Counted from the first letter of the stretch, positions 47,198-60,782 are shown. The stretch is DNA of 64,000 nucleotides from an uncultured delta proteobacterium (GCA_963806225.1 CAWDXG010000004.1:1248001-1312000); one strand, 5' to 3'. Notes: generated from the letters alone by a model not told the origin. Made by a program: numbers and translations.

Positions 47198-48451
47198 CTA
47201 CGGCGAGACGCGTTTGCCGCGGCGGCTCTCGCTGCGGCGGGTGCTGGGGGCGGGGCGGGCACTGCGGCGGGTGTCGGCGAGCGAGCTGAGGATCTCCTGC
47301 AGCACCGTCACGCCCGCCATCGCGGTGATACCGGCGGGGTCGTACGCCGGCGCGATCTCCACCAGGTCGAAGCCGACCAGATCCGCTCCGACCAGCGCAC
47401 GCAGCAGCTGCTGCAGCTCCCAGGTGTTCATGCCCCCGGGCGATGGGATGCCGGTGCCCGGCGCATAGGCCGGATCCAGCGCGCTCACGTCGACCGACAC
47501 GTAGATCGAGCCGCCGCGCACGGCTTTGCGGACCTGGCCGATGACCGAGTACAGGTCCCACTTCACGTCGTCCATCTTGGCGACCTCGAAGCCGTGGGCC
47601 AGCGCGTAGTCGAGATCGGCCGGGCCCGAATAGGGACCGCGGACGCCGATCTGCAGGACCTCCTCGGGGCGCACCAGCCCCTCTTCCACCGCCACGCGGA
47701 CGGCGCTGCCGTGGTGCACGTTGCGTCCCCAGGCGGGCCCCGAGGTGTTGCTGTGCGAGTCGATGTGGATGAGGCCCACCGACTTGAGCTTGGCGCGGTG
47801 GATGCCGCGCAGCGCGGCCAACGTCACCGACTGGTCGCCGCCCACGAAGCCACAGGTGGCGCCGGTGCGCGAAATGGCCTCGGCCCTCGCGGACACCGCA
47901 TCGAGCGCGGCATCGGCGTCGTGCGGGGAGGCCGCCACGTCGCCGCCGTCGGCGACCATGAGCTCCTCGAAGATGTCGATGCCGAGCGCTGCGCTGAAGC
48001 GACGCGCCAGCGCGGAGGCCTCGCGCACCGCACGCGGGCCGAAGCGCGCGCCGGGGCGGAAGCTGGCGCCGGAGTCGAAGGGTGCGCCGCACAGCACGAC
48101 GTCCACATCCGGCACGACTTCCGGATCGGACGGTACGGGCAGGCGCAGGAAGCTCGGCACGCCGGCGAAGCGCGGCATCTTCTTCGACGAGACGGTGCGG
48201 AACTCCGGCGGCGGCGGTGTGTGCCGGCGGCTGCGCCCGGCGGACGCGGGCGGCGCGCTCGGGCGCTTGGGCGTGCTGGCCTTCTTCGACGACGACGCCT
48301 TGCCGCGCTTCGACGACGGCGCCTTGCTGCGCTTCGACGGCGCCTCGCTACGCTTCGACGGCGCCTTGCCGCGCTTCGACGGCGCCTTGCCGCGCTTCGA
48401 CGGCGCGGCGCCCGCGCGCTTCGCTGACTTCGGCCTGGTACTCCGCTTCAT
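47198..48451 (-). CDS. Agmatinase-like ureohydrolase with substituted metal ligands and a basic N-terminal tail
   Basis: RPGARFGPRAVR, DPAYAPGTG, VGFDLVEIAPAYD; GGDQ, DSHSN and DVS replace GGDH, DxHxD and DxD. Confidence 0.85.
   Translation of the reverse strand: MKRSTRPKSAKRAGAAPSKRGKAPSKRGKAPSKRSEAPSKRSKAPSSKRGKASSSKKASTPKRPSAPPASAGRSRRHTPPPPEFRTVSSKKMPRFAGVPSFLRLPVPSDPEVVPDVDVVLCGAPFDSGASFRPGARFGPRAVREASALARRFSAALGIDIFEELMVADGGDVAASPHDADAALDAVSARAEAISRTGATCGFVGGDQSVTLAALRGIHRAKLKSVGLIHIDSHSNTSGPAWGRNVHHGSAVRVAVEEGLVRPEEVLQIGVRGPYSGPADLDYALAHGFEVAKMDDVKWDLYSVIGQVRKAVRGGSIYVSVDVSALDPAYAPGTGIPSPGGMNTWELQQLLRALVGADLVGFDLVEIAPAYDPAGITAMAGVTVLQEILSSLADTRRSARPAPSTRRSESRRGKRVSP
48284..48405 (-). 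repeat. Imperfect 21-bp tandem repeat (about 5-6 copies) encoding SKRGKAP
   Basis: CTTCGACGGCGCCTTGCCGCG variants on the plus strand. Confidence 0.88.
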
Positions 48452-48460
48452 GTGTCGCCC

Positions 48461-49366
48461 TCAGCGGCCACACGCAGCGTAGCGCACCTCGACCCCGCCC
48501 GGGACCTTCTGTCGGAATGCGCCCCGGATGATCGGCGGATTGTGGACGACATCCTTGTTGACAAGGATGAGATCCTGGTCCGTTCCGGGCACCTCCATGC
48601 GCAGGCGGCGGGGGATCTCCGCGCCGCAGGCGGGCCCGCTCGGGGGCACGTCCGGCGTCAGGTGGTCGGGGTCCACCCTGGGCCTGGCCGTGTGCGACGC
48701 CTTGTGGTCCTCCATAAGCGCCCGGTACAGATCGATGCCCTGCTGCGAGACGGCGACTTCCAGCACGCGCACGCGCTGCTTCTGCCACGGCAGGTTCCAG
48801 TCGGCCGGCGTCGGCTCGAGGTGGATCTCCTCGTTCGCCTGGTGCCGGCTCTGGATGCGGATGACGTACTCGCCGTCCCAGGCGATGGTCGCCTGCGACG
48901 GCTGGTGCACGAGCACCGGCGCCTCGCCGCGCAGGAGCTCGACCAGCGCGAACGGCGGCACCGGCACCTGGGTGAAGCGCTCGACGTTGCAGGTGTTGGC
49001 CGGCCCGTACAAAAACTGCTTGTTCTGCAGATCGAAGAGCGAGAACTTCTGCCCGTCGCTGGTGAGCGTGGATAGCGTGACGCCGAACGGACTGTACACG
49101 TCGAAGCGGATCTTCTCGGGCAGCATCGCCAGGTACAAGACATTGCCGCGCACGCGGCCTTGCTTGTTGAACAGATCGAGCTTTGCTTCGCCCTGCACGC
49201 CGCGGCTGCACGAATAGCTGGCATGCATGCGCCCGAGGGCCGCGTCCGCCGTCGGGAACTGCGACGGCGGCGGCGGCCGCCCGCAGCCACTGCACAGACC
49301 CAGCGCAAGAAGGGCCCCCGGCACGCCACGCCGGAACCTACCGCCCACGCGAGCCACGAGGTCCAC
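48461..49366 (-). CDS. Hypothetical lipoprotein (possible LolA/LolB-like fold)
   Basis: Lipobox CSGC; IRFDVYSPFG..LTSDG.KFSL pattern. Confidence 0.65.
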   Translation of the reverse strand: MDLVARVGGRFRRGVPGALLALGLCSGCGRPPPPSQFPTADAALGRMHASYSCSRGVQGEAKLDLFNKQGRVRGNVLYLAMLPEKIRFDVYSPFGVTLSTLTSDGQKFSLFDLQNKQFLYGPANTCNVERFTQVPVPPFALVELLRGEAPVLVHQPSQATIAWDGEYVIRIQSRHQANEEIHLEPTPADWNLPWQKQRVRVLEVAVSQQGIDLYRALMEDHKASHTARPRVDPDHLTPDVPPSGPACGAEIPRRLRMEVPGTDQDLILVNKDVVHNPPIIRGAFRQKVPGGVEVRYAACGR

Positions 49367-49379
49367 GATAGACCCGGGT

Positions 49380-51026
49380 CTAGCTCGAGCGCAGCGCGTC
49401 GAGCAGCTCGAGATCTGCTAGCGGGAGCGTGACTCGCGTCTCGATCACGCCAACGCCGTAGCGCTCGCAGAGCGTGGCCAGCGACAGCCCGTCGACCAGC
49501 GCGCAGGGCGCCGCGCCGGCAGCGGCAGCTTCCTCGCGCGCGCCGCTCAGCACCTGACCGGTGGTGATGATCCAGCCCGCGTGGGCCGGCCCGTAGTGGT
49601 GGAGCGCGCCGCGCAGCGCCGTGACCTGCTCGCGCCCGACCTCGCGTCCGTCGCGGCGTACGATGATGGCCGTGTGCACGCCGCCCGTCGGACCGGTGGT
49701 GCGACCCGACAGGTGCAGCTCGGCGCCGGGTGCGCCGGAGCGCTTGACCACGTCGAGCCCTTCCATGCCGACCCGCGCGAGCAACAACATCACGAGCTCG
49801 CCGAGCGCGCGCGGCGGCAGCTCCTGCAGCCGCTTGAGCAGATGCCGGCGGCTCGCCTCGCGGTAGCGATCTGCCAGCGACGAAAGGTCGCGCTCGAGCC
49901 GCGCCAGCTCGCCGTCGAGCATCCACTCGGTCAGGCCCACGCGGCTGTCGTTCACACAGAAACGCGGACGCTGGCCCTCACCCGCCGCACGCAGGTTGTC
50001 GGCGCGCATGGCCGCCGACAACGCCGACTGCACCTGGTGCGTGTCGCCCGAGATGCGCCCGCGCCGCTGCGCCGCGTCGGCGAGCTTGGACAGGCCCACC
50101 ATCCCGCTCTTCTCGAAGCCGGCGAGCAGATCAGCCGCAACGTCGGCCAGACCGCGCCCGGACAGCTCGTCGACGTGTCCGCCGCGCGCCTCGCGGCGTT
50201 CTCCCCGCTCGCCGCGCTCGCCGCGCTCACCGCGCTCACCACGCTCGCGGCGATCGCGGCGCCGTCCACGATCACTGCGCTCGCCGCGTTCACCACGCTC
50301 GGCGCGCTCGGTCGGTTCAGCGGAAGCTTCCTCCGCCGCAGCGGCATCCGCAGGCGCGTCCGAGACCGTGTACGACGGCAGTCCGTCACCGCCACCGTTC
50401 TTCTCCTCGCCACCGCGACCCCCACGACGACGGCGGCGGCGGCGACCCCGGCGGGCTCCGTCGCGCTCTTCGCCGCCACCCGTCTCGGCCTCTTCCTCTT
50501 CCGCCTCGGCGCCGGCACCGAACAGCGGCACGTCGTCGTCTTCCTCCGGCGCGAAGATCTCGGTCGCCTTGGCGGCCATCTTCGCCCGCTCCAGCTCGGC
50601 CGCGTCGGGAGGCGGCGCTTCCTCGTCCACGTCCAGTTCAGGATAGCCCGGCTGCGAGGGCAGCTCCGGCGCAGGCGTCTCGGGGACCTCGGGAGCCGGC
50701 TCTTCTTCGCCGCCGCCCGCCTCGGCCTGGGCGGCCTCGTTGACCGCGATGCGCTCGAGCGCCGGCGTACGGTCTGCCAGGCCCTTCTTCACGGTCGCGT
50801 CGTCCCAGTCGCGTAGAGCGAAGACGCCCGGCTTGACGCGGACCAGCGGGTTTTCCTTGTCGCCCTTCTTCACCAGGGCGGCCAGCCGGGCCCCCATGGT
50901 CACCTCTGGGCTCTTGCCGACGTGGCTCAGCAGGTTCTTCTCGATGGCTACGTCCGTGATCTCCTTATAGTGAAGTGGCTTGCCCACGAGGCGCAGCACC
51001 TGCGCCGCAGCTTCCGTGAAAGTCAT
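49380..51026 (-). CDS. HARE-HTH domain protein with C-terminal Mrr-like restriction-endonuclease fold
   Basis: MTFTEAAAQVLRLVGKPLHYKEIT..GKSPEVTM..PGVFALRDW; C-terminal LQELPPRALGELVMLLL..VTALRGAL..GWIITTG..LVDG..L. Confidence 0.8.
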   Translation of the reverse strand: MTFTEAAAQVLRLVGKPLHYKEITDVAIEKNLLSHVGKSPEVTMGARLAALVKKGDKENPLVRVKPGVFALRDWDDATVKKGLADRTPALERIAVNEAAQAEAGGGEEEPAPEVPETPAPELPSQPGYPELDVDEEAPPPDAAELERAKMAAKATEIFAPEEDDDVPLFGAGAEAEEEEAETGGGEERDGARRGRRRRRRRGGRGGEEKNGGGDGLPSYTVSDAPADAAAAEEASAEPTERAERGERGERSDRGRRRDRRERGERGERGERGERGERREARGGHVDELSGRGLADVAADLLAGFEKSGMVGLSKLADAAQRRGRISGDTHQVQSALSAAMRADNLRAAGEGQRPRFCVNDSRVGLTEWMLDGELARLERDLSSLADRYREASRRHLLKRLQELPPRALGELVMLLLARVGMEGLDVVKRSGAPGAELHLSGRTTGPTGGVHTAIIVRRDGREVGREQVTALRGALHHYGPAHAGWIITTGQVLSGAREEAAAAGAAPCALVDGLSLATLCERYGVGVIETRVTLPLADLELLDALRSS

Positions 51027-51244
51027 TGACAATCGTCTCTTCTGTGTTGGGGGAGAACATACGCTCGGTTCTCTCTTCCGCGGGCGCCTCCGGGGAAGCG
51101 CACATCGCTCCCATCGCCGGCAGGCGCCCCTCTTGACCGCCGGCCATAGCACGGCCCAGAGGCCGCTCCAAGCTGGGGGAACCTCCGGCCGCAGGGCCCC
51201 CCGGCGCCGCCGGCCGAGCCCGCCCCGAGCCGCGCCGTGCCCGC

Positions 51245-51799
51245 CTACCGGAAAACCGTGAGCGCGGCCTTCTGGTAGGCCTCGAGCGTCGGGGCGTCGA
51301 ACAGGACGAAGCGGCAGAGCCCGGGTGTGCCCTCCGGCTTCAGGGCGTTGCGGACAGCCTTCAGGGCGACCGGGGCGGCCTCCGCGAGAGGGTAGCCGTA
51401 GACGCCGGTGCTGATCGAGGGGAACGCGATGGAGTCGATCCCGTGGCGGCGGCACAGGGCGAGGGCCTCGCTGTAGCAGCTGGCGAGCAGCTCCGCGGCG
51501 CGCTCTCCCTCGCGGTCGTAGATGGGCCCCGCGCAGTGGATGACGTGCTTCGCCTGCAGATTGAAGCCGGGCGTCAGCACGGCGGCGCCGGTCGGCAGCC
51601 GTCCGCCGGGCAGCTCGCGCTTCTTTTCCCTGAGCGCCTCCATCAGCTGGGAACCCGCGGCGCGGTGGATGGCGCCGTCCACACCGCCGCCACCCATCAG
51701 CATGGAGTTGGCGGCGTTGCCGATCGCGTCGGTATCCGAGCGGGTGATGTCGCCCTGGACCAGCTCTACCCACGACCCGCCCGCCGCGAAACGCTCCAT
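51245..51799 (-). CDS. Macro domain protein (YmdB/MacroD-like ADP-ribose hydrolase)
   Basis: GDIT, NAANSMLMGGGGVDGAIHRAAG, VIHCAGP, FPSISTGVYGYP. Confidence 0.93.
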   Translation of the reverse strand: MERFAAGGSWVELVQGDITRSDTDAIGNAANSMLMGGGGVDGAIHRAAGSQLMEALREKKRELPGGRLPTGAAVLTPGFNLQAKHVIHCAGPIYDREGERAAELLASCYSEALALCRRHGIDSIAFPSISTGVYGYPLAEAAPVALKAVRNALKPEGTPGLCRFVLFDAPTLEAYQKAALTVFR

Positions 51800-51930
51800 G
51801 CCCCTTGCTATCCGAGCAGCTGCCGCCGTGCAAGGCGGGGCCGGACCGCCACCCCGGGCGATCCCGAGGCGATCCAGGCGTTCGCCGCGCGGCGCTACTG
51901 CGCGGGCCCGGACAGGCGTACGCTCGGGGA

Positions 51931-52311
51931 GTGGACGCGCAGCGTCTGCTGGACGAGCTGCTGTCGGCGGCACGCAAGCTGGGCCTGAAGGTCCGGATAG
52001 AACCGCTGCGCACGGCGTCCGGACGAGCCGGCGGACTGTGCCGCATCCGCGGTCAGACGATGGTGCTGCTGGACGAGCTGGCCGGCCCCGTCGAGCAGGC
52101 TGCGTCGCTCGCCGAGGCGCTCGCGGAGCTCGACGTGGAGAACATCCAGATGGCGCCGGAGGCGCGGCGCACGATCGAGGCGACGCGACGGCACGAGATG
52201 TGGCGCGTGAACGACGCGCGACCCGCCCAGAAGGACGATCGGGTGCGGCAGCTGCCGATCCCCAAGCCCGGCCTGCGCCGCGGGCGCGGGCGCGACGACG
52301 ACGAGGAGTAG
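51931..52311 (+). CDS. Hypothetical protein (GGLCRIRG motif)
   Basis: GGGGA immediately before GTG; protein-like composition; fills the gap before murB. Confidence 0.65.
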   Translation: MDAQRLLDELLSAARKLGLKVRIEPLRTASGRAGGLCRIRGQTMVLLDELAGPVEQAASLAEALAELDVENIQMAPEARRTIEATRRHEMWRVNDARPAQKDDRVRQLPIPKPGLRRGRGRDDDEE

Positions 52312-52349
52312 CGCACCGCAACGCGGGACGTGGTACGAGCGCGGGCACG

Positions 52350-53435
52350 GTGCAACCGCTCGAAGACGTCCCGCTGGCTCCGCTGTGCACGCTCGGCGTG
52401 GGCGGCCCGGCCGCGTTCCTGGTCGAAGCCGGCGACGAGGCGAGCGTGATCGCGGCGCTCGAATGGGCCGGGCGCTACGGCGTGTCGGTGCGCGTGCTGG
52501 GCGGCGGCAGCAACGTCGTCGTCAGCGACGCCGGCTTCGACGGCCTGGTGATCCACGTGGCGCTCTCCGGCACCGAGTGGCGCGAGGAGCGAGACGGCAG
52601 CGTCGTCCTGTACGCGGCCGCCGGCGAGCCCTGGGACGCTCTGGTCGAGTCCAGCGTCGCGAAAAACCTCGCCGGGCTGGAGTGCCTGAGCGGGATCCCG
52701 GGACGCGCGGGCGCTACGCCGATCCAGAACGTGGGCGCGTACGGCCAGGAGGTCGCCGAAAGCATCAGCGCGGTGCGCGCGCTCGATCGCAGGACGCGGC
52801 GCGTGGTGACGCTCAGGCCGGCCGAATGCCGCTTCGCCTACCGTGACAGCCTGTTCAAGAGCGAGGAGCCGGAGCGCTTCGTCGTGCTCGGCGTCGACTA
52901 CCGGCTGGTGCCGGGCGGCGCGCCGACGCTCCGCTACCCGGAGCTCGCGCGTCGGCTCGAGGCCGGCGGCGTCGAGCGGGCGTCACTTTCCGACGTGCGT
53001 CGCACCGTGCTGGAGCTGCGACGCGAGAAGTCGATGCTGCTCGATCCGGACGACGAGAACAGCCGGAGCTGCGGCTCCTTCTTCGTCAACCCGCTTGTCA
53101 CTCCGGCAGAGCTCGCGAGCGTCGAGGCCGCGGCGGGAAACCCACAGATGCCGCGCTACCCCCAGCCCGACGGACGCACCAAGCTGTCGGCGGCCTGGCT
53201 GATCCAGCACGCCGGCTTCTCCCGCGGCGAGCGCGCGGGCGCGGTGGGACTTTCCACGCGCCACACGCTGGCGCTGGTGTGCCACGAGGGCGCGCGCGCG
53301 AGCGACGTGGTGGCGTTCGCACGGCGCATCCGCGCGCGCGTCGAGGAGCGCTTGGGCGTGCGCCTCGTGCCGGAGCCCGTCTTCTGGGGCTTTTCGAGCC
53401 TCGACGGCGGGCTGCCGGACGAGCGACTGGCGTAA
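52350..53435 (+). CDS. murB: UDP-N-acetylenolpyruvoylglucosamine reductase
   Basis: TLGVGGPA, LGGGSN, GIPG..GATPIQNVGAYG, YRDSLFK, GSFFVNP, KLSAAWLI. Confidence 0.95.
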   Translation: MQPLEDVPLAPLCTLGVGGPAAFLVEAGDEASVIAALEWAGRYGVSVRVLGGGSNVVVSDAGFDGLVIHVALSGTEWREERDGSVVLYAAAGEPWDALVESSVAKNLAGLECLSGIPGRAGATPIQNVGAYGQEVAESISAVRALDRRTRRVVTLRPAECRFAYRDSLFKSEEPERFVVLGVDYRLVPGGAPTLRYPELARRLEAGGVERASLSDVRRTVLELRREKSMLLDPDDENSRSCGSFFVNPLVTPAELASVEAAAGNPQMPRYPQPDGRTKLSAAWLIQHAGFSRGERAGAVGLSTRHTLALVCHEGARASDVVAFARRIRARVEERLGVRLVPEPVFWGFSSLDGGLPDERLA

Positions 53436-54494
53436 TCAGCCGGCGTCCGCGCCGTTGAAGGTGCCGCCCGTGCCGCCACCGCCCGGGAGTGCGCCGCCCG
53501 TGCCGCCGGTGTTCATCTGTCCGGAGCACATGCTGGGCGAGATGCCGCCGGAGCTGCACTTGCCGTTCTGGCAATTTTCGCTCTGGCACTCGTCGAAGGA
53601 GCTGCAGGCCTGGCCGTCCGCCTTCTTGTTCGTGCAGGTCCCGGTGCCGGTGTGTGCGGGGTCGGCACAGTAGGTGCCGTCCTTGCACTCGTTGGAGAAG
53701 GACGAACACGACGAACCCGCCGCCCTCTTGGCCGCGCACGTGCCGCTATCGCAGTACGCGCCATCTACACAGCCCGAGTAGTCGGGGCATGGCTGGCCAA
53801 TCGGGATCATCGCGGCGCACACGCCGTTGCCCGCGCAGTACAGGCCGTCGTTCGTGTAGCAGGTCGCGTTGCCGCTGGGAGGAGCGCCGCCGCTGCCGCC
53901 CGCGCCGCCGCCGCCGCTGCTGGTGCCGCAGGACGTGACGTTGCCGTTCTCCGTGCAGGTCTCGTCGCAGCCGTCGCCCTTCTTGCCGCGCGGCTTCACG
54001 GTGCAGGTCCGCTGCCCGCTTCCGGCCTGCCCTCCGGCGCCCGACGGATGTTCACAGTAGACCTCCGCATTGGCGACCGGCTTGCATTCGGTGGAGCTCG
54101 TGCACGCCGCACCCGCCGGCTGGGTACCGGTGAAGACCTTCTGGCACGGAACCGCCGAGACGGCATCGAAGCCCTTGCAGGACGCGAAGGCCGCCGAAAC
54201 GGAGTCGATGCACGGGCCCGCGGCCGAGGCATCGTAGACGGCGTTCTTCGAGCTGAAGATCTGGCCGATGCTCTGGTCGAGCGCCGACTTGCATCCCGCC
54301 GCGTCGTACTTGTAGCCGGCGCTCTGGCAGCAGCTGCCGATGTTGTCGCAGACCGCACTCTCGAAGCGCGCCGGGAACTGGCTCTGCGGCACGGGCCCCG
54401 AGCCGGTCCCGTTGGTGGAACCACCGCAGCCACCGACCACGCCGCCGAGCAGAGCAGCGCACGCAAGGATCGATGGAAAAGCGCATCGTGTCAT
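53436..54494 (-). CDS. Cys-rich lipoprotein
   Basis: Lipobox VGGC; repeated G.xC....C..G.YC...C units. Confidence 0.8.
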   Translation of the reverse strand: MTRCAFPSILACAALLGGVVGGCGGSTNGTGSGPVPQSQFPARFESAVCDNIGSCCQSAGYKYDAAGCKSALDQSIGQIFSSKNAVYDASAAGPCIDSVSAAFASCKGFDAVSAVPCQKVFTGTQPAGAACTSSTECKPVANAEVYCEHPSGAGGQAGSGQRTCTVKPRGKKGDGCDETCTENGNVTSCGTSSGGGGAGGSGGAPPSGNATCYTNDGLYCAGNGVCAAMIPIGQPCPDYSGCVDGAYCDSGTCAAKRAAGSSCSSFSNECKDGTYCADPAHTGTGTCTNKKADGQACSSFDECQSENCQNGKCSSGGISPSMCSGQMNTGGTGGALPGGGGTGGTFNGADAG

Positions 54495-54559
54495 CCTTCC
54501 AGCCACCACCCCGGGCGGCCGAAGCGTGCACAGTCTACGCTACCCCCGCGGGTCGCGCA

Positions 54560-58159
<3,600 letters not shown>

Positions 58160-58160
<1 letters not shown>

Positions 58161-58984
58161 TGCCGGCTGCCGACCTCGCCCACAAGGCGCTCGCGCTTCT
58201 GACCCACGCCCGCGTCGTGACGCTGGTGCGCGCCGGGCTGATCCTGGTGCTGGGCCTGATCGCGGCGCGCCTGGCGAGCCGGGCCATCGGACGGCTTCTG
58301 GCGCGCAATCAGGACGTGCAGCAGGTCGCAGCTCCTGCGTCGGGTGACCGCTTGGGGGCTGTTCGGCGTCGCGCTGGCGTGGGCGCTGCAGGAGCTCGGC
58401 TTCAAGCTGGGCGTGCTGCTCGGCGCGGCTGGCGTCGCTACGGTCGCCATCGGCTTCGCCTCGCAGACCTCGCTTTCCAACCTGATCAGCGGCTTCTTCC
58501 TGTTCGGCGAGCGGCCCTTCAGCGTAGGCGACTTGATCGAGATCGAGGGCGTCGCCGGCGAGGTACTCGCGGTCGATCTCATCGCCACGAAGATCCGCAC
58601 CTTCGACAACCACTACGTGCGCATCCCCAACGAGGTGATGTTCAAGACGAAGGTGGTCAACTTGACGCGCTTCCCGATCCGCCGCTTCGATCTCGCCAGT
58701 GCCGGTCGCCTACGACGAGGATCTGGATCGGGTGCGCGAGCTACTCCTCTGCGTCTGCGAGCGGAACGAGCTGTCGCTCGCGGAACCGGCACCGCTGTGC
58801 TTCGTGCTCGGCTTCAACAGACTCGTCGGTGCAGATGCAGCTCAGCGTGTGGTCCGAGACGACGACCTGGTTTTCGATGAAGACCAGCCTGTGCCTCGAG
58901 ATCAAGCGCGCGCTCGATGAGCACGGCGTACGCCGCCCGTACCCGCACCGCGTGATCGAAGGCGACGCTTCTGGCCCAGCCTGA
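58160..58984 (+). CDS. mscS: Small-conductance mechanosensitive channel (apparent frameshifts)
   Basis: LLGAAGVATVAIGFASQ..SNLISG, ERPFSVGD, RIPNE..VVN, C-terminal PYPHR. Confidence 0.85.
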
Positions 58985-59040
58985 GCGCTAGCGAAGCCGG
59001 CGAGCGACTACGGCGGGGGTGGGCTGGGATGCGACTGGGC

Positions 59041-59361
59041 TCAGCCCGTGCGCTGGATGATGTGGTAGCCGAAGTCGGTCTCGACCACGTCGCTGACGCC
59101 GCCCACCGGCAGCGCGAAGGCCGTGTTCTCGAACGGCCCCACCATCTGCCCGCGGCCGAAGCTGCCGAGATCGCCGCCGCGCGACGACGACGGGCAGTCG
59201 GAGTGCTGCTTCGCCAGCTCGGCGAAGTCCGCGCCGCCGTCGATCTGCTGCTTGAGCTGGGCGATCTGCGTTTTCGCCTCGTCCTGGCTGCGCTTGGCCG
59301 TCGACCGCGCCGAGCCCGCGTACATCAACAGAATATGGGACGCCCTCACCTGATCGCTCAT
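59041..59361 (-). CDS. Parvulin-type peptidyl-prolyl isomerase
   Basis: VRASHIL, FAELAKQHSDCPS, GGDLGSFGRGQMV, TDFGYHII. Confidence 0.93.
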   Translation of the reverse strand: MSDQVRASHILLMYAGSARSTAKRSQDEAKTQIAQLKQQIDGGADFAELAKQHSDCPSSSRGGDLGSFGRGQMVGPFENTAFALPVGGVSDVVETDFGYHIIQRTG

Positions 59362-59446
59362 CGTCGCTCCTTTTCCGCCGGGCCGCGCCCGCTTGCGAAG
59401 CCAGCCTTGCACACGGTGAGGGCGCGCTTCAACCCGGCTCCGGGCG

Positions 59447-60667
59447 TCATTCCGGCCCGGTATCCTCGCGGTATTCGCCCACCTGCGGGTACTTCTGCTG
59501 GATCGCGGACAGCGCCGCGGTCGCGCCGCTCCTGCACATCAGCGTCTCTTCCAGCACGGCGCTGGAGGCGAACTCGACGAGGGCGGTTCCGACGGCGGGG
59601 TCGATCTGCTTGGCCCCGCAGCCGTCGCTGGCGAGCGTGGCGACCAGCGACGGGATCTGCACGCCGTACTTGATGCCGACCTGCAGGATGCCGCCCTGAT
59701 CGCGGCCGAGCGAGCACAGATCCGTCGGCAGGCCGTGGCCGGCGTTGGACACGCCCACCAGGCGCTTCTTGACCGGGGTGGTGTCGTAGGCCGACTGCAG
59801 CTTCGAGTACGCGACGATGCCGTCGTCCATGCCGCCGAGGATGAGCGTCGAGACCAGCGATGGGCTCGCTGTCGTGCCGCCTGCCGACATCGGCATGCGC
59901 ACGAGTAGCCCCGGGCGATCTTCGAGCTTTTCGACGGCGCCACCGCCGGCGCTGTGCCCGCCGACGGCCATGTGATTCGTGTCGAGGTGCCCCGAGAGGA
60001 ACGCGAGATCGCCGCTCGGCGCCTCGACGGCGTCGAGAATCTTGTTGGCGTCGCCGACCTGGTCGGCCTGCACGCCGCTGCCCTGCCCGTTCAGCGTCGC
60101 CAGCACGTCCTTGAGCGTGATGCCGGGATGATCCGCCGCGAGAACGACGAAACCGCGGCTCGCCCAGTGCACCTGCTGGGTCAGGCTCAAGGTGCGGAAG
60201 CCCGCCAGGCCGTGGATGAACAACACCACCGGGTACGGCCCGTGCTGCTCGTCGATCGGCAGACCGCGATAGCAGTCGCAGACCTGCCACGGATTCGCCG
60301 AGTCCGGGATCTTGCCCTGCTCGGAGTCGGGCAGATGCTTGCGGATGTCGTATTCGACCTTCGGCTGGCACTGCTCGCTGCCCAGCTTCGCCGGGTACCA
60401 CACCTCCGTCACGAGCCCATCGATGTCTGCCGTGCGCACGCCCACGGGCCACGGGCCTTGTGCCGCCGGATCTTCCGGCAGCTGGTAGAGCGGCACGCCG
60501 TCACAACCCGTCCCCTGTGCGGGCGGCGTCGGCTGGGCCGGGACGCACGGGCCGCCGTCGGCACCGCCCGCCCCACCCTTCGGCGACGCGCTGTTGGACG
60601 AGCACGCCAGCGCGACGCCGGAGACAAGAACCCCACACCATCGTCGAACCATCCCCGCGAGCCCCAT
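59447..60667 (-). CDS. Alpha/beta-hydrolase lipoprotein
   Basis: Lipobox ALAC; YPVVLFIHG, GHSAGG nucleophile elbow, DGIV, NAGH. Confidence 0.85.
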   Translation of the reverse strand: MGLAGMVRRWCGVLVSGVALACSSNSASPKGGAGGADGGPCVPAQPTPPAQGTGCDGVPLYQLPEDPAAQGPWPVGVRTADIDGLVTEVWYPAKLGSEQCQPKVEYDIRKHLPDSEQGKIPDSANPWQVCDCYRGLPIDEQHGPYPVVLFIHGLAGFRTLSLTQQVHWASRGFVVLAADHPGITLKDVLATLNGQGSGVQADQVGDANKILDAVEAPSGDLAFLSGHLDTNHMAVGGHSAGGGAVEKLEDRPGLLVRMPMSAGGTTASPSLVSTLILGGMDDGIVAYSKLQSAYDTTPVKKRLVGVSNAGHGLPTDLCSLGRDQGGILQVGIKYGVQIPSLVATLASDGCGAKQIDPAVGTALVEFASSAVLEETLMCRSGATAALSAIQQKYPQVGEYREDTGPE

Positions 60668-60782
60668 GGCAGAAGTCTAGGTCCGGCGCGCACACCGGGC
60701 CAGGCCTTCGCGAAGAAGCACCCCTCGCATTTGCACCCCTGGCACAGTCGTGCCGGCGTGATCATGCTACGCGGTCGTAGGG

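Noticed and set aside
49380..51799. Active Mrr plus macro domain anti-phage defence system
   Set aside because: Nuclease catalytic residues appear missing, there is no toxin or methylase partner, and the context is housekeeping-like
60741..60758. TGGCAC as a second sigma54 promoter
   Set aside because: GG to GC spacing is 9, not 10; it is only a short palindrome
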